A stretch of DNA of 64,000 nucleotides, taken from Monocercomonoides exilis PA203. Its lineage: Eukaryota; Protista; Preaxostyla. The stretch covers positions 2,480,001 through 2,544,000 of the forward strand of contig LSRY02000001.1 of NCBI GenBank assembly GCA_001643675.2, written 5' to 3'. Positions 25,101 to 36,669 of the stretch are shown here, in pieces. Position numbers and translations under genes: made by a program. The stretch's first letter is position 1, and each line of letters starts with the position of its first letter. The notes below the pieces were generated by a model. The model was not told the DNA's origin. It made no database searches and saw nothing but the letters and a program-made list of their open reading frames with translations.

Positions 25101-26259
25101 TGAGAAGGAGGATATTGAGAAGGAATATTAGATTGTGGTTGTGGTTGTGGTTGCAATTGCAATTGAATTTGATTTTGATTTTGTGGTTGATTTTGATTTT
25201 GCCCTTGTTTCATCATCATCGTCGTCTTCTTCTTTTTGGCTGAAGAAGAAGAAGAAGAAGAAATATTCTCTTCTAATTGCTGATTTTCTTCTCCTTCTTG
25301 CCTCATCATGGAGTTAGATTCAATACTTTTTCCTCTTTCTCTTTCTTCTTCTTCTCTCTCTCTTTCTCTTCTTTCTCCTTCTCTTTCTCTTTGTTGTATC
25401 TCAATAGAATTTTCACTTGTTTTCCCTTCAGAATGGCTACGATGTGTTTTTCCTGCTTGTTCTGGTGAAGAAGAAGAAGAATTTATTGCGATTGGATGAC
25501 CGCTTTTTTCATTTCCCTCTGAAGCACGTGAATTTTCAGAGCTTGTCTGTGAAGTGCCTTGATCTGAAAGTGGAATTAGTTTCATAATGTTCGATGGACA
25601 ATAGCCCCGTTTCCCGTCTAATTCGCATTCCCACCACGCTGCATCCCTCTTAAAAACCTTAACAACATCCTTTTTGTGAATCGTTAAACAACGCTTATTC
25701 TTCACTTGCCCATCGTAATCCGCAAGGACAACAGCGAATTCTACAGGCCCATCATGTGCATGACTTTTCGATGAATGATGATGAGATGAATGATCTGCCT
25801 TCGATTTGTGATTTGAAGCTTGCTTCGATTCTGGAACTGAAGAAATTTGAGTTTGAGGCTCAGATGAAGATTGATATGTGAACCCGGGGTGATCGGCATT
25901 GTATCCAATCTCTTGTGGTTGAGGCCGCTTAAAAGATTGCTGTTGTTGCTGTGTTTGAGAAGCTGAATGGATTTCACTGAGTGATCGAAGATATTTCATT
26001 GGTAAATAACCTAAAACATAAGATAATAAATTAAATGCTTGCTGACATATTTATAATACCCTTTTCTCCAGTAGGCTTTATGCAATAAGCCCATCCAGGT
26101 GCAGCCTCCTTCACAAATTGCACTTTTTCACCTTTCGCGCCATTCAAATACTTTTTCTGTAAAAAGTTAATTGGATCGTTAAAATTGAAAATATTCTTAA
26201 AATGGTGCACTACATACGCTAGTTGCAACAAATTCAGCAAGCACAACATGAGTCTCCAT
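22148..26259 (-). CDS. Fusion protein of ~1333 aa: two SH3 domains, Q/P/S-rich linker, classical short-chain dehydrogenase/reductase interrupted by low-complexity inserts
   Basis: Exons 26259-26218, 26156-26060 and 26010-22148 (61- and 49-nt GT..AG introns) build SH3-1: [40 protein letters not shown]3-2 is [39 protein letters not shown] motifs present: [47 protein letters not shown]. Confidence 0.9.
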
Positions 26260-27166
26260 CGAAATATTGCAACAATTCTTTAAGATATAAACAATGGTCT
26301 AATTGAGCATTTTCCATAATAAATTTTTTGTTCAAATTATTAATTCATTTTTCATAATATCATCAAAATTGAAGTTATGAAAATTGTTTCAAATATTTGA
26401 AACTGTATTTTCATTAACGATATTTTACACTTCCTGTTTTTGAGTTATAGACAATTCAAAGTTCAAAACACATTTTAATATCCACAAAATGTTTATCCAA
26501 AACTCAAAAAACATAAATAGTTATTGTAAACAAACAATAAATTGATAAGAAAATGATTTGAGTGGAAGAAGGTATACCTCTATTTAATTCACAGCATTTT
26601 CTGTTCAATTTCTTTTTTTAAAAAAATTTTTTTTTGGAAATAATTAAGATAATTGATTATTTTTGCAAGCCTTGTCAGAATAGTGCCGGAAAAAAAAAAG
26701 AAAAATCAAATCAAAACAAATCAAATAAAATCAACCAAAAGGTGTTCACAATCACCTCATAATACTGTTTGCACATTTTCATCTGAAGTTGTTCTGATAT
26801 GCTCTTAATCCACAATGTGAAACATATTCAAATTTGATTGTTCTGAGTCTTCTAAAATCAATTATTGCAACAACGATGACGGATAAAATGAAGATATTGT
26901 GATGGAAGATAACATTGAAAGCGAAGATGAAGAAGAAGAAGAATGCGGAGAAGCATTTGGCGAATCCTGCGTTGCTGAAAAATGGCATTTCTGCTGTTAA
27001 TCGTGGTCCTCCCATTCTCTCCTTCTCTTTCCTTTTTGATTTATTTATTTTAATTTTAATTTTAATTTTATTTATTATTTTTTATTTTTTAATTTTAATT
27101 TTTTATTTTCCTGATTTTTCAGATGCAATTCCCGAAAAGTTAGATATAGAAAAGCGCTTTTGATTT

Positions 27167-28600
27167 GAACATTTACAAAATAATCAGAAATATTCAAAGG
27201 AAAACAATTATTATATCTTTCGTTAACAAAAGAAATCACTCAATTAAGGCTTGTGATGATGTCTTCATATCCTTCTTCTTCTATCTTTTCAAATATTTTT
27301 CTTTTGGTCTCCTTTCTTTCCTCTTCTTCCTTTTCATCTTTCTTCTTCCTTTTCAATCTTTTTGAAACATTCTTTAAGAATTGTAAGCATTCATTTGTCA
27401 TTCCTTCATCCAACGTTTGTCTCTGAATCTCTTCTAAAACAGCATCAACAGCTCCTCCTTTCAATAAATATCCAACATTCACAACTCTATTTTTTGTTGC
27501 TCCTCTTAATAAATAAATACAATTATTACTAATTTCTCTGTAATTCTCTTTTGCTGCTCGATATACCTGAACAATGCTGCCAAAAAGCCCAGAAAGTTCC
27601 TCGCTACACAGTTTATATTCTATTAAAAAAAATTGCAACTCTATAATCCATCTCTTTAAAACAAGCACTTCTTTTTTTTCATTTGCTCTTTCTTTTTCTC
27701 CCCAATCAATACATCTCATCAACTCTTCCACTTCTTTTGTTGCTTCTCTCACAAAATGCAACTCATTCATTGCAATTCTTTCGATGTGTTCTTCGTGGGA
27801 AATTCTGCTAATCAAAAATTCCCAAGCATACTGATAGGCAAGTTGTGTCAGATTATGATGCTCCTGATGATATTTGATGATTTCTTTGATCATATTTGCA
27901 GATAGTTCAATTTTCATTTCCTATGCAAAAAATATAATAAAATAAAATAATATTAAAAATAAAACTCTTTTTGTTAAAAAAAAATCAAAAATGAAAAAGA
28001 AGTGCCCAAACATCAAATACAGGAATGTTGCACAAAGCCATAAAAGCCATTTCCACTTCCTTCTGAGCCTCCTCGTTTTCTTCTTTGTTCAGCACAGCTT
28101 TCAGAAGACAAGACTCACAAATCGATAACAATTCATCCTGGAAGATGCAACTCAGAGAAAAATAGCATAGGCAATGGTCAACAAGAAATTTTTCATTCTT
28201 TTCTTCTTTTTTCTTATCTTCTTTAACAATCTTTTTCTCAATTCTTTTTCTCAACGAAGATATATCAAAGTTATTACTCCAAATATCGTTAATCAAATTG
28301 CAATATCCAACGTGCTTCAGCAACAGAACTGAATTTTCCATCGATATTTTCCTTTCTTCAATCATTTTGTGAATTTTGTTGAACATTTCAAAGTCGAAGA
28401 TACCATAAAATTCTTCATTGTTCATATTGTCAATAAGTTCATTTAGTTTTTCGATTTTGACTTTCTATCCATCATCATTGCAATTTTCCAGTTCAGTAAA
28501 CAATTCTAAAAAAGAATAATAATAAAAGAAATCAGCAAACGCAAATTAATTAATAACACAAGTGCACACCAATGAATTTCTCGATGACTTTCTTCGTCCT
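27167..28600 (-). pseudogene. Expanded-family copy 3 with premature stops
   Basis: Same exon structure as copies 2 and 4. In-frame TAG at 28465-28467 where paralogs have Gln (EDEQ), and TGA at 27240-27242 where copy 4 has Gly. Homology continues past the TGA (VISFVNERY..ISDYFVNV). Confidence 0.8.
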
Positions 28601-29791
28601 CTTTTTTGAAAATTCATATTATCAAAAAACAATGACATTTTTTATCATTCATATCGAATGAGATTACGTTTGGAAATTTGTAATTGATGGAGAACAATAA
28701 CGAGCATTAAAAAATTGATTTTTGAGTGTTCACACAGCGTTTCTTGTCACTTGTATTTTTTGCATCCAATTTTAAGGATAAACAATTATTTCTCCTTTAA
28801 ATTTATTTGTAATGGAGATTGTGATCGAAATGCTTTCGAAAAATATAATACACAAATTTCTGGATTTTCACATTTTTTTTTAATTCTATTTTGTTATCAA
28901 TGTTTTTCTGTCTGTCTCCCTTCCAGGTCCAGATAAAAAAAAAAAATTGCTATGACTGGAAATCATTTTCTTTTTAATGCCGAATCCTGAAAAAGGAACT
29001 GATAATAATATTCGCATAAGTGATTAAAGATTGTGAGAAAGAGACAAATGAATGAAGGGGGAAATGTGTATTCAACTGATTCATAATTGAATGATTTGCA
29101 AAAGAACGGAATTTGAAAATTACTTTTGAAAAAAGTTCATTGTCAAATTAAACCTCCATTTGAGAAAATGTCATGAAGCAGAGAAAACCTGCTTCAAAAC
29201 TGATAATTACATGAATGCGGTGGAATGGAAATGTCTAACATGTTGATGAGATCTTGATTCACTTTTGTTTTGACGTTTAACCACTCTTTTAGAAACGTTC
29301 ATTCTCTTATCACTCAACCCCTTTTTCTTTTGTTTTAAAATTGTTTCAAAACCAAACTTCAATGATTCAGTTTTGCTCTCCTCCTCTTTTTAATTTCACA
29401 GAAACATTCTTCTTCCCCTCTTCAATACTTTTACGAATATCTCATCTGCTTTCTCTTTGAAATCTCGGATTATTTGAATGTTTCAATTTTTTGATCCAAG
29501 AAAAAAATGCTTTAATAAGAATAGAACGAGTTCAGACACAAGATAGATGATAATGATAATGAAATAGAAATAAATACTTGGAACAACAAAAAAACTTATT
29601 TGATCTCTCCAATAATAGAATTAATGAAGGAAATAATATTGGTTTGGATCAAATAAATAATTTGTTTATGAGAATACTCTGAAATGAGTGTGAATTGCTT
29701 TTTACGAAATGAAGCTTTTTGAAAGTTTATTTAAAATATTAATATTTTTTCAATAATCCACTGCCTAAAATTGTTGATGCGAAATGAAAAG

Positions 29792-31440
29792 ACGATTTGC
29801 CAAATGAACTGATAAATATGTTTGCATCTTTTAATTTTTGAACTGATGGGGTGAAATATTATGTTTGTTGAACATGCTCTAAATGTGGATTTGTTTTTTT
29901 CGTTTTCGATGCTGTTTAAGGATTATGGAGAATTGCGATTACCACACGTTGCTTACTCTTCAAAAAGTGAACAAGAAAATGAAAATGCTCGCTCAAAACG
30001 AAGTGTTTGCTTAAGGCGCTATTCTATTTTTTGGTATTCAAATAGTATATTTTTTAAAATAACATTTTCAGGTTGTGGATGAATCAGTACTCCTCTTCGC
30101 TTCTGCATTTCAGAGAAATATTGCGGCTCAATTCAACAAATATCCAACCACTTGATCTTAATGATTGCGGGCTTCATCCAAGCGAAGAAAGCATGGCTAA
30201 ATATGGATTAAGCGAGAAAGGATGGAAAAGAACTTTTTTGTGTGAAAGAATTTATTTGTATTTTTCGTAAATAAATAATTCTCATTCAACTTATTTTTTT
30301 GCTGCACATTCATTGATCTTTTGAGCAGGGCCTATTTGAAAACAGTCAATTCGGTTCAAACCAGAAAATCTCAGCTAGAAAGAAAAGCAAAGCAGAAATA
30401 TAATCTATCAATGATTCGTTGGGGAATTTTATTTGTTTTTCTTTTGATTGTTGTGGTAATTGTTCTTGCTGGGGGCGTTATGATTCCGTTTGCTGCAGAA
30501 GCTTTGGAGAAAGGAAATCGGCCCAATTGCTTTGTGTCTTTCACATTTTGTAGCATTGCTTTTAGTATTGGAGTAATCTGTGTTGTTTTTTGTTTAGCTG
30601 TTGGTTTTTCGTGTTGGGTTTTCTTTATATTCTTGTTTTGTTTGAGTTTTTTAATTCCTCCTGCGTTGTGGCTGGATGGCGTCATGAAGATAAGCTTCTC
30701 TATTCCTCTTATTCCTTATGAAATCGTGTTCTTAATTCAAATTGTGCTGGTTTGCACAAGTTTGAAAAAAAGACATCTTTGCAAAAAGCTTAGAAATTTA
30801 TTGGCTATTCTGAGCTCGTTTGCTTCTTTCTTGTTGGTGGTGCTCAAAGCTGATGGTGTGAGATTTTTATTTTGTTTTGTCTCTTAATAAATTTTTTTTT
30901 CTTTTTTTTTTTCTTTGTAAAATGAAAATTCTTATTAATTTTTCCACTCACTATTGATTATTCTTTTTTTTTTGTTCTTTATCTCTATTTTTGTGTTTAT
31001 TAGGCATTGCTTCGTATTGCTGGACAATCACATTGATTCCTACGTATTTGGCATACTGGCTTGTCAGTAGCTATGTTTATGTTTGTCTAAATTTTCTGGC
31101 AAGCAAAAATTATCAACCGATAATTTTTACTTGCCTCATATTTGTTTTTCTGCTTTTGCTGTTTCTTCTTCCCACCCTCAGAATGGATGGATTTGTGAAA
31201 GGGCATTATTGCTTTTATTTTATTCCTCTGTATTTGTGCTTCTTGTTGGGATTAATTATGCTCTTCAAAGGCTCATGTTTATTTTGGGAGTTTGCAGATA
31301 AAGCATCAACTAGAACAAGTAAAAAACGCAATTCGAAGACGCAAATATCCGAATCAGAAGAAAATGAAATCTTGCTTATGTGCAATCTGAAATTAAGCAC
31401 AGTTTCGAATTATTGTTTCAGTGTGAGTTTTACTCAATAA
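29792..31440 (+). CDS. F-box domain fused to a TMEM185-like multipass membrane domain (5' end unresolved)
   Basis: Exons 29792-29819, 29921-30004 and 30072 onward splice to DLPNELINMIMENCDYHTLLTLQKVNKKMKMLAQNEVLW (F-box pattern). Later exons give many hydrophobic helices with three TMEM185-type motifs: LWLDG..SIPLIP, LKADG..TITLIP, LRMDG..FYFIPLY. The start exon was not identified. Confidence 0.75.
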
Positions 31441-32025
31441 AAACCTGTTTTGCAATTGCTGATTTAACATTTTGGGAATTTACTTTGTCAATTTTTTTTT
31501 GTTGCACATCATTCTTATATATTTTTATTTTTCCGTTTTGAAAGCTTGAAAATATGATTTTGCCGCTAATTCAAAAATGTGTAATTTGTGAAGAAGGTTT
31601 TCAATTTTTGAAAGTTTAAACAAAGAATATTGGCTTATGGTAACTTGTCTAAGGAACTCAAAATTAGTCTTTAATCTTTATATTTATGATAGCAATTTAA
31701 TAGATGATAAATATTATGTATTCGTTTTCGAGAAGTTGAGGATATTTGGATTTTCAAAACAAAAGTTAAAAAACAAAATACACATATTTTTATGAAATGA
31801 AAATGTTTCACGAGAAAATTTCGTTCTACAAATAATTTTTTAACAAATGCACTGTCGCAAATAAAAAAAAAATGATTCGTGAAAAACCTTGGATTTATAT
31901 CATTAATTGACTCTGCCAAATTTTGGTTATTCCCACAATTTATTCTCTTTCCTTTTTCCTTTTTCCTTTTTCCTTTTTCCTTTTACCTTTTTCTTTTTTC
32001 TTTTTCCTTTTTTCTTTTTCCTTCT

Positions 32026-32210
32026 TTCTTCTTTCTTCTTCTTCTTCTTCTTCTTCTTCATCCTCCTCCTCCTCCTCCTCCTCCAACTCCTCCAACTCCA
32101 ACTCCAACTCCAACTCCTCCTCCTCCTCCTCCTCCAACTCCAACTCCAACTCCTCCAACTCCTCCTCCTCCTCCAACTCCTACTCCTACTCCTACTCCTA
32201 CTCCTCCTTC
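32026..32210 (+). repeat. Compound TTC / CCT / CCAACT / CCTACT microsatellite
   Basis: Seen directly; it produces poly-S, poly-PT and poly-GV ORFs in different frames. Confidence 0.9.
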
Positions 32211-32229
32211 TCTAAATCTTTCTCTTCCC

Positions 32230-33340
32230 CTTCTCCTCACATCATCATCTTCACCGAAGAGCTGGTCACACAGGCTAAAGCTCATCCAGATCAATTCAAA
32301 GACATCGATGCCATTCTCACAAAGGAAGAAATTGCAATTCTTCATTCGTCACAAAAGGAAGGATGAGGTGAAGAAGGAAATAATTCTTTTTCCTCTTCTT
32401 CTTCTGCAAAAAAAAGAAAAAGACTTCTTCCCCTTCCTCATTTATCATGCTTCAGCGCTTCCAGATGTAGTTTTTTTATCAACCGGATATAGATTGTATC
32501 ATCTGTCAATTCTGCTATCGTTCGAGAGAAACCAAGCGAACTCAGTCAAAAAGACATTCATATCGCTCAGTGGAGATGGAAGCTTTGCCAAGCTGGTTTC
32601 ACACAGCGTGCATGTGAAAATCGAGAAGATGCGATTTTTTGCATGTGTGTAGCATGAGGATCTGGCGTTGGTGGTGATTGATCCAATCTAATAGGAGATT
32701 ATGTTTGAGCTGAACATAATGATGACTCATTTTTTAATACTTCGTGTGCACTTACGTTTTTCTGATGCCATATTTATGTGCAATGCGATCGATGATAATA
32801 TGTGTTTGTTTTTCAAGATATGCCCACTTTTAGTTGTGGCAGAGAACTCATTGGCATCTTTGTGAGGGATCAACTTTATTCAACAGCCCACTCTGATGTC
32901 TCCTGCGCTTCTCACACACGAGCTAACTCCCTTGTATCCATTTCGCATAAAGCGTGTTGTTTCATTCGAATGGCCTCAAGAACAACACCAACAAAATCTT
33001 CATCTTCAGTGTGAGGGTGATGTTGCTGTCACAGGGAGTATCTGTGCGAGTTCTTCAACAAGTCGGGATTCTTTTGCTGCAAGAACAGCAGTGAGTGCAT
33101 CGTGCTGAATGCAGCTGTATCCTTTTCTAGTGTGATGTGCTTGCACCGAAAGATAGAGGGAGTGGGAGGATGAAGGGGCATCCGAAGAATATAGTGTTTT
33201 TTCATCAGACTTTGCATCCTGTTACGAATGATCCTTCTTCAGTGCTTCTGAGATTGTTTAAGCGGTGCGACAAGATGCCCAGACTGTTGAAGATTGTGTT
33301 CAATGTTCATGTCAAATGAGACAGTGGACATCTTCATTAT
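32230..33340 (+). pseudogene. Decayed coding-like relic, product unknown
   Basis: GC is higher than in the flanks, and one mostly continuous protein-like frame (ORF tail to 32652, then 32896-33108) is interrupted by TAG, TAA and TGA. No family recognised. Confidence 0.4.
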
Positions 33341-33967
33341 TTCATTCACATATATTTTTGGAGGAGATTATTCTGGAATAACTTGAACTACTTGGGAAAT
33401 TGATAAATACTTGAACATTTTTCTGTAAATGATTTTAAAAAATATTTTTTAAGTTATCCAAAAGAAATAAGTGTTTGGAAAAGAGATTCATAATGTATTG
33501 ATATTTAATTATTGTTTGATTGAGTAATTTTCTGTTCTTTTTATTGGAAACGAATATGTGGAAATGAAAAATTTTCTAAGTTTTTTAATTTTTTGAAAAA
33601 GCAAAATTTACATGAATATTCCATTCAAAAGGTATTTTCAAGGTTTTTCTTCAAAAAGATGATTGTTTTCTAATTTCAACAAAAATACATGGATTTCTTA
33701 TGCGGGAATATTCATCACACAATATAAGCTGATCGTTTCATCTCATTTTTTTTTGAAATTGATGGAGGAAAAAACATGAAAATTCTTTTAAGTGACAGTT
33801 TTCTTTTCCTTTTGCGAAATGAATAAAAATTGAAAAAAAATATAATTTTGGAGTTCAAAAAAAAAAATCAAATAAAAAAATTGAAATTTACAGACATTTA
33901 CAGAAATATATATATATATAAGAAAAACATGATTTTTGAGTTTCAAAATCAAAAGAAAAGAGTTTGG

Positions 33968-35410
33968 CTACACATTCACAAAACAATCATCCACTTTAAT
34001 TGGCGCTTTATCATATCTTTCACAAAGAATAGAAATAACTCCAATAAAACTTGCAACGATATCTTCGAATCCTTCTTCTTCCATCTTTTCAAATATCTCC
34101 ATTTTCGTTGCCTTTCTTTTCGCTTCGTCATTTTCAAAAACCTCTTTTTTTTTCATTCTTTTTGAAATAATCAAAAAGAAATGAAAAAAATTCAATATTT
34201 CTTCATTCAGCAAAGTTGATTGCTTCATTTCCTCCAAAAATATATCAATGGCACCTTTCTTCACAAAAGTATCAATTTCCATATTTCTCTTTCCCGCTCC
34301 TTTTATTAATGAATAAATACACATCTCGCTGATATCTCGGTAATTATCCTTTGATGCCAGACACACTCGAATGATGCTCTCTAATAGCCCAACAAGTTCT
34401 TCATTCCACAATTCGCACAAAGAAAAGACTTCACAAATTGCACTGGTCCATCCCTCAATAATAAGCAATTCTTTCGCTTCTTTTCCTCTTTCCTTTTCTT
34501 CTTTACTCTTCCAATCAAAACATTTCAAATGCTTTTCTAGTTCCACACTTGCCTCGTTAATAAAATGTAGCTCATTCACAATATCATCTTCCAAACTTCT
34601 GTCTTTGCCAAATCTTCTTATCAAAAACTGCCAAGCAGACTGATAGGCAAGATGTGTCAGGTTGTAATGTTCCTGATAATTTAGGATAATCTCTTTGATT
34701 TCATTCAAATACAGTTCTTGTTCAATTTTCTATAAAATTCGGAAATAATCAAAAATGTCAAAAAGGAAAAAGAAGTGTTCAAACAATAAATCTTAAGTTA
34801 CTTAAAGCCAATAAAGCCATTTCTACTTCTTTTTGAGTCTCCTCGCCTTCCTCTTTCTTCGAGGCAACTTTCATTAGACAAGAAACACAAATTGGTATAA
34901 GCTCCTCAGAATGCAGGTTGCGAAGCAAAAGATAGCATTCGCAAAGGTTAGCAAGCAGATCTTCATTTTTCACATCTTTCTTCAAATTTTCACAGATTAT
35001 CATCTTTTCAAATCTTTTGTTCAACAAAGATATTCTAAATTCATATGTCCACGCTTTTTTCAATGTTTTGCAATATCCCATTTGCTTCAATAACTTAATT
35101 GCATTTTTCATCGTTAGTTTCTTTTCGTCAATCATTTTATCTATTTTGTTGAATAGATCTGCTTTAAAAACCGATTCAAATTCTTCTTTATTCATTTTTT
35201 CCAAAAGTTTATCCATTTCTTGAATTTTCTGCATTTGTTCATCTTCTCTGCAACCTTCCAGTTTACAATACAATTCTGCAAACGAGTTTCAAAATACAAA
35301 TAATTTGCCAAAATTGTTTAATCCAAATAAAATGGCAAACTTGAAAACTTCTTGGTTCTGGCTGTAATCAGAAACTCATTTTCAGATATATCATCATTTG
35401 ACAAGCTCAT
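33968..35410 (-). CDS. Expanded-family helical protein, copy 4, apparently intact, 3 exons
   Basis: Exon 1 from ATG 35410 (MSLSNDDISENEFLITARTKKFS) splices to KLYCKLEGCREDEQ, and then via a GTTTGA..TAG intron to KIEQELYLNEIKEIILNYQEHYNLTHLAYQSAWQFLI. It ends CFVNV-TAG. Confidence 0.87.
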
Positions 35411-36088
35411 TCTGAATGTTGCAAAAAATATTCAAAAAGAGGGGCAAAACTTGCCAAATAACAAAATAAAAGATAAATACACACATCGTTGATTATCTCG
35501 CAAAATAAAAACGATCGCAATACACACTGTTCTGTTATTGCTTTAATAAAAAGAAGTGTTAAAGATATTGCGAAGAAACCTAAGGATTGACTGTATGATA
35601 CTAAAAATGGAAATCTTTTTTTCTGTTTGATCATAACCAATAGATTATTTGATGAATAGTATTTTACAATTATCTTTTTCATATTGATAAAACCAATTCT
35701 GATATTTGCATAGAATAAATTGTAAATTCTTGAGTTCAGAGAAAGGAGAAATAGACAGAAAAAAGTCTGAATGGAGAATATTCCTTGTTTTTTTTTTTTT
35801 CTTGAAGAAGAAGAAGAAGAATAATAATAATGAAGCTGAAAACAAAAAACAAGTGATTGTTGTTGTTTTGTCATACCATGTGTATTGCTGCATTTCAGTC
35901 AAATTAGATAGTTTGGTTACAAAATTTCATTAAAAAATGAAAAAGATAATGAACCTGAAAATAAAACATTTTCGACTTTTAAAAAAGGATAACACATACA
36001 AATCATTATCATGAAGAAGGGCTGTATTTTTGTTAAATTAAAAATAAGAATTGATTGTCGAATTCATTTTTGTGAAATTAATTCTCTT

Positions 36089-36318
36089 TATAGATATCGC
36101 ATAAAATACCGGTCTTCGCAAAAAATACTAGATAAGATCGATTTCACAATGACCACTAGAGGAATAATTCTGATAATTTTCCTCAAAATATATCTCATCA
36201 AAACAAACTCATTTGATGTGCAAAACTTTCAAAGGAGTTTCATTTGTGCTCAGAAATATCAATTTTTGAAATATCGGATAAATAGGATTTGGGTGATTTT
36301 TTTTGATATCATAAAAAA
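36089..36318 (+). repeat. Dispersed repeat, copy A
   Basis: Reverse-complement match to 41578-41789 (AAGATCGATTTCACAA; GGAATAATTCTG; TTTTCCTCAAAATATATCT; TTCATTTGTGCTCAGAAA; TGGGTGATTTTTTTTGATATCATAAAAAAA). Confidence 0.85.
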
Positions 36319-36669
36319 ATCCGACGTTTGATCATAAATTTTTTTCATTAAGGGTTGTGATAATAAAGATAAATTCTATTCGAAATTGAATAAAAATATA
36401 GTTTAATATATAATTTTTATTAATTATTTGTTGATTTCATATTGTTTCCAATTGATTTTATTTCAAATTTTGAAAAAAATAATATTTTTTCAAAAAATAT
36501 CAAAATTTCAATAAACAGTTCAAAATACAAGTTCAATCTTTAATATAACATTACCACAATGATTATCTTTATTTTATTAATCAATATCATTTTTTTAAAA
36601 TTAAATTATTGACGTTATTGAAAAAGAATAGAATAAGTGAAGTCGAAATCGACAAATAATAAATGAAAT

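Noticed and set aside
28465-28467. TAG at a conserved Gln position, suggesting the TAA/TAG=Gln code known from some oxymonads
   Set aside because: The 2827-aa and 2595-aa ORFs have no internal TAR, paralogs end in TAA/TAG at homologous positions, and this copy also has a premature TGA. A nonsense mutation in a pseudogene is the simpler explanation.
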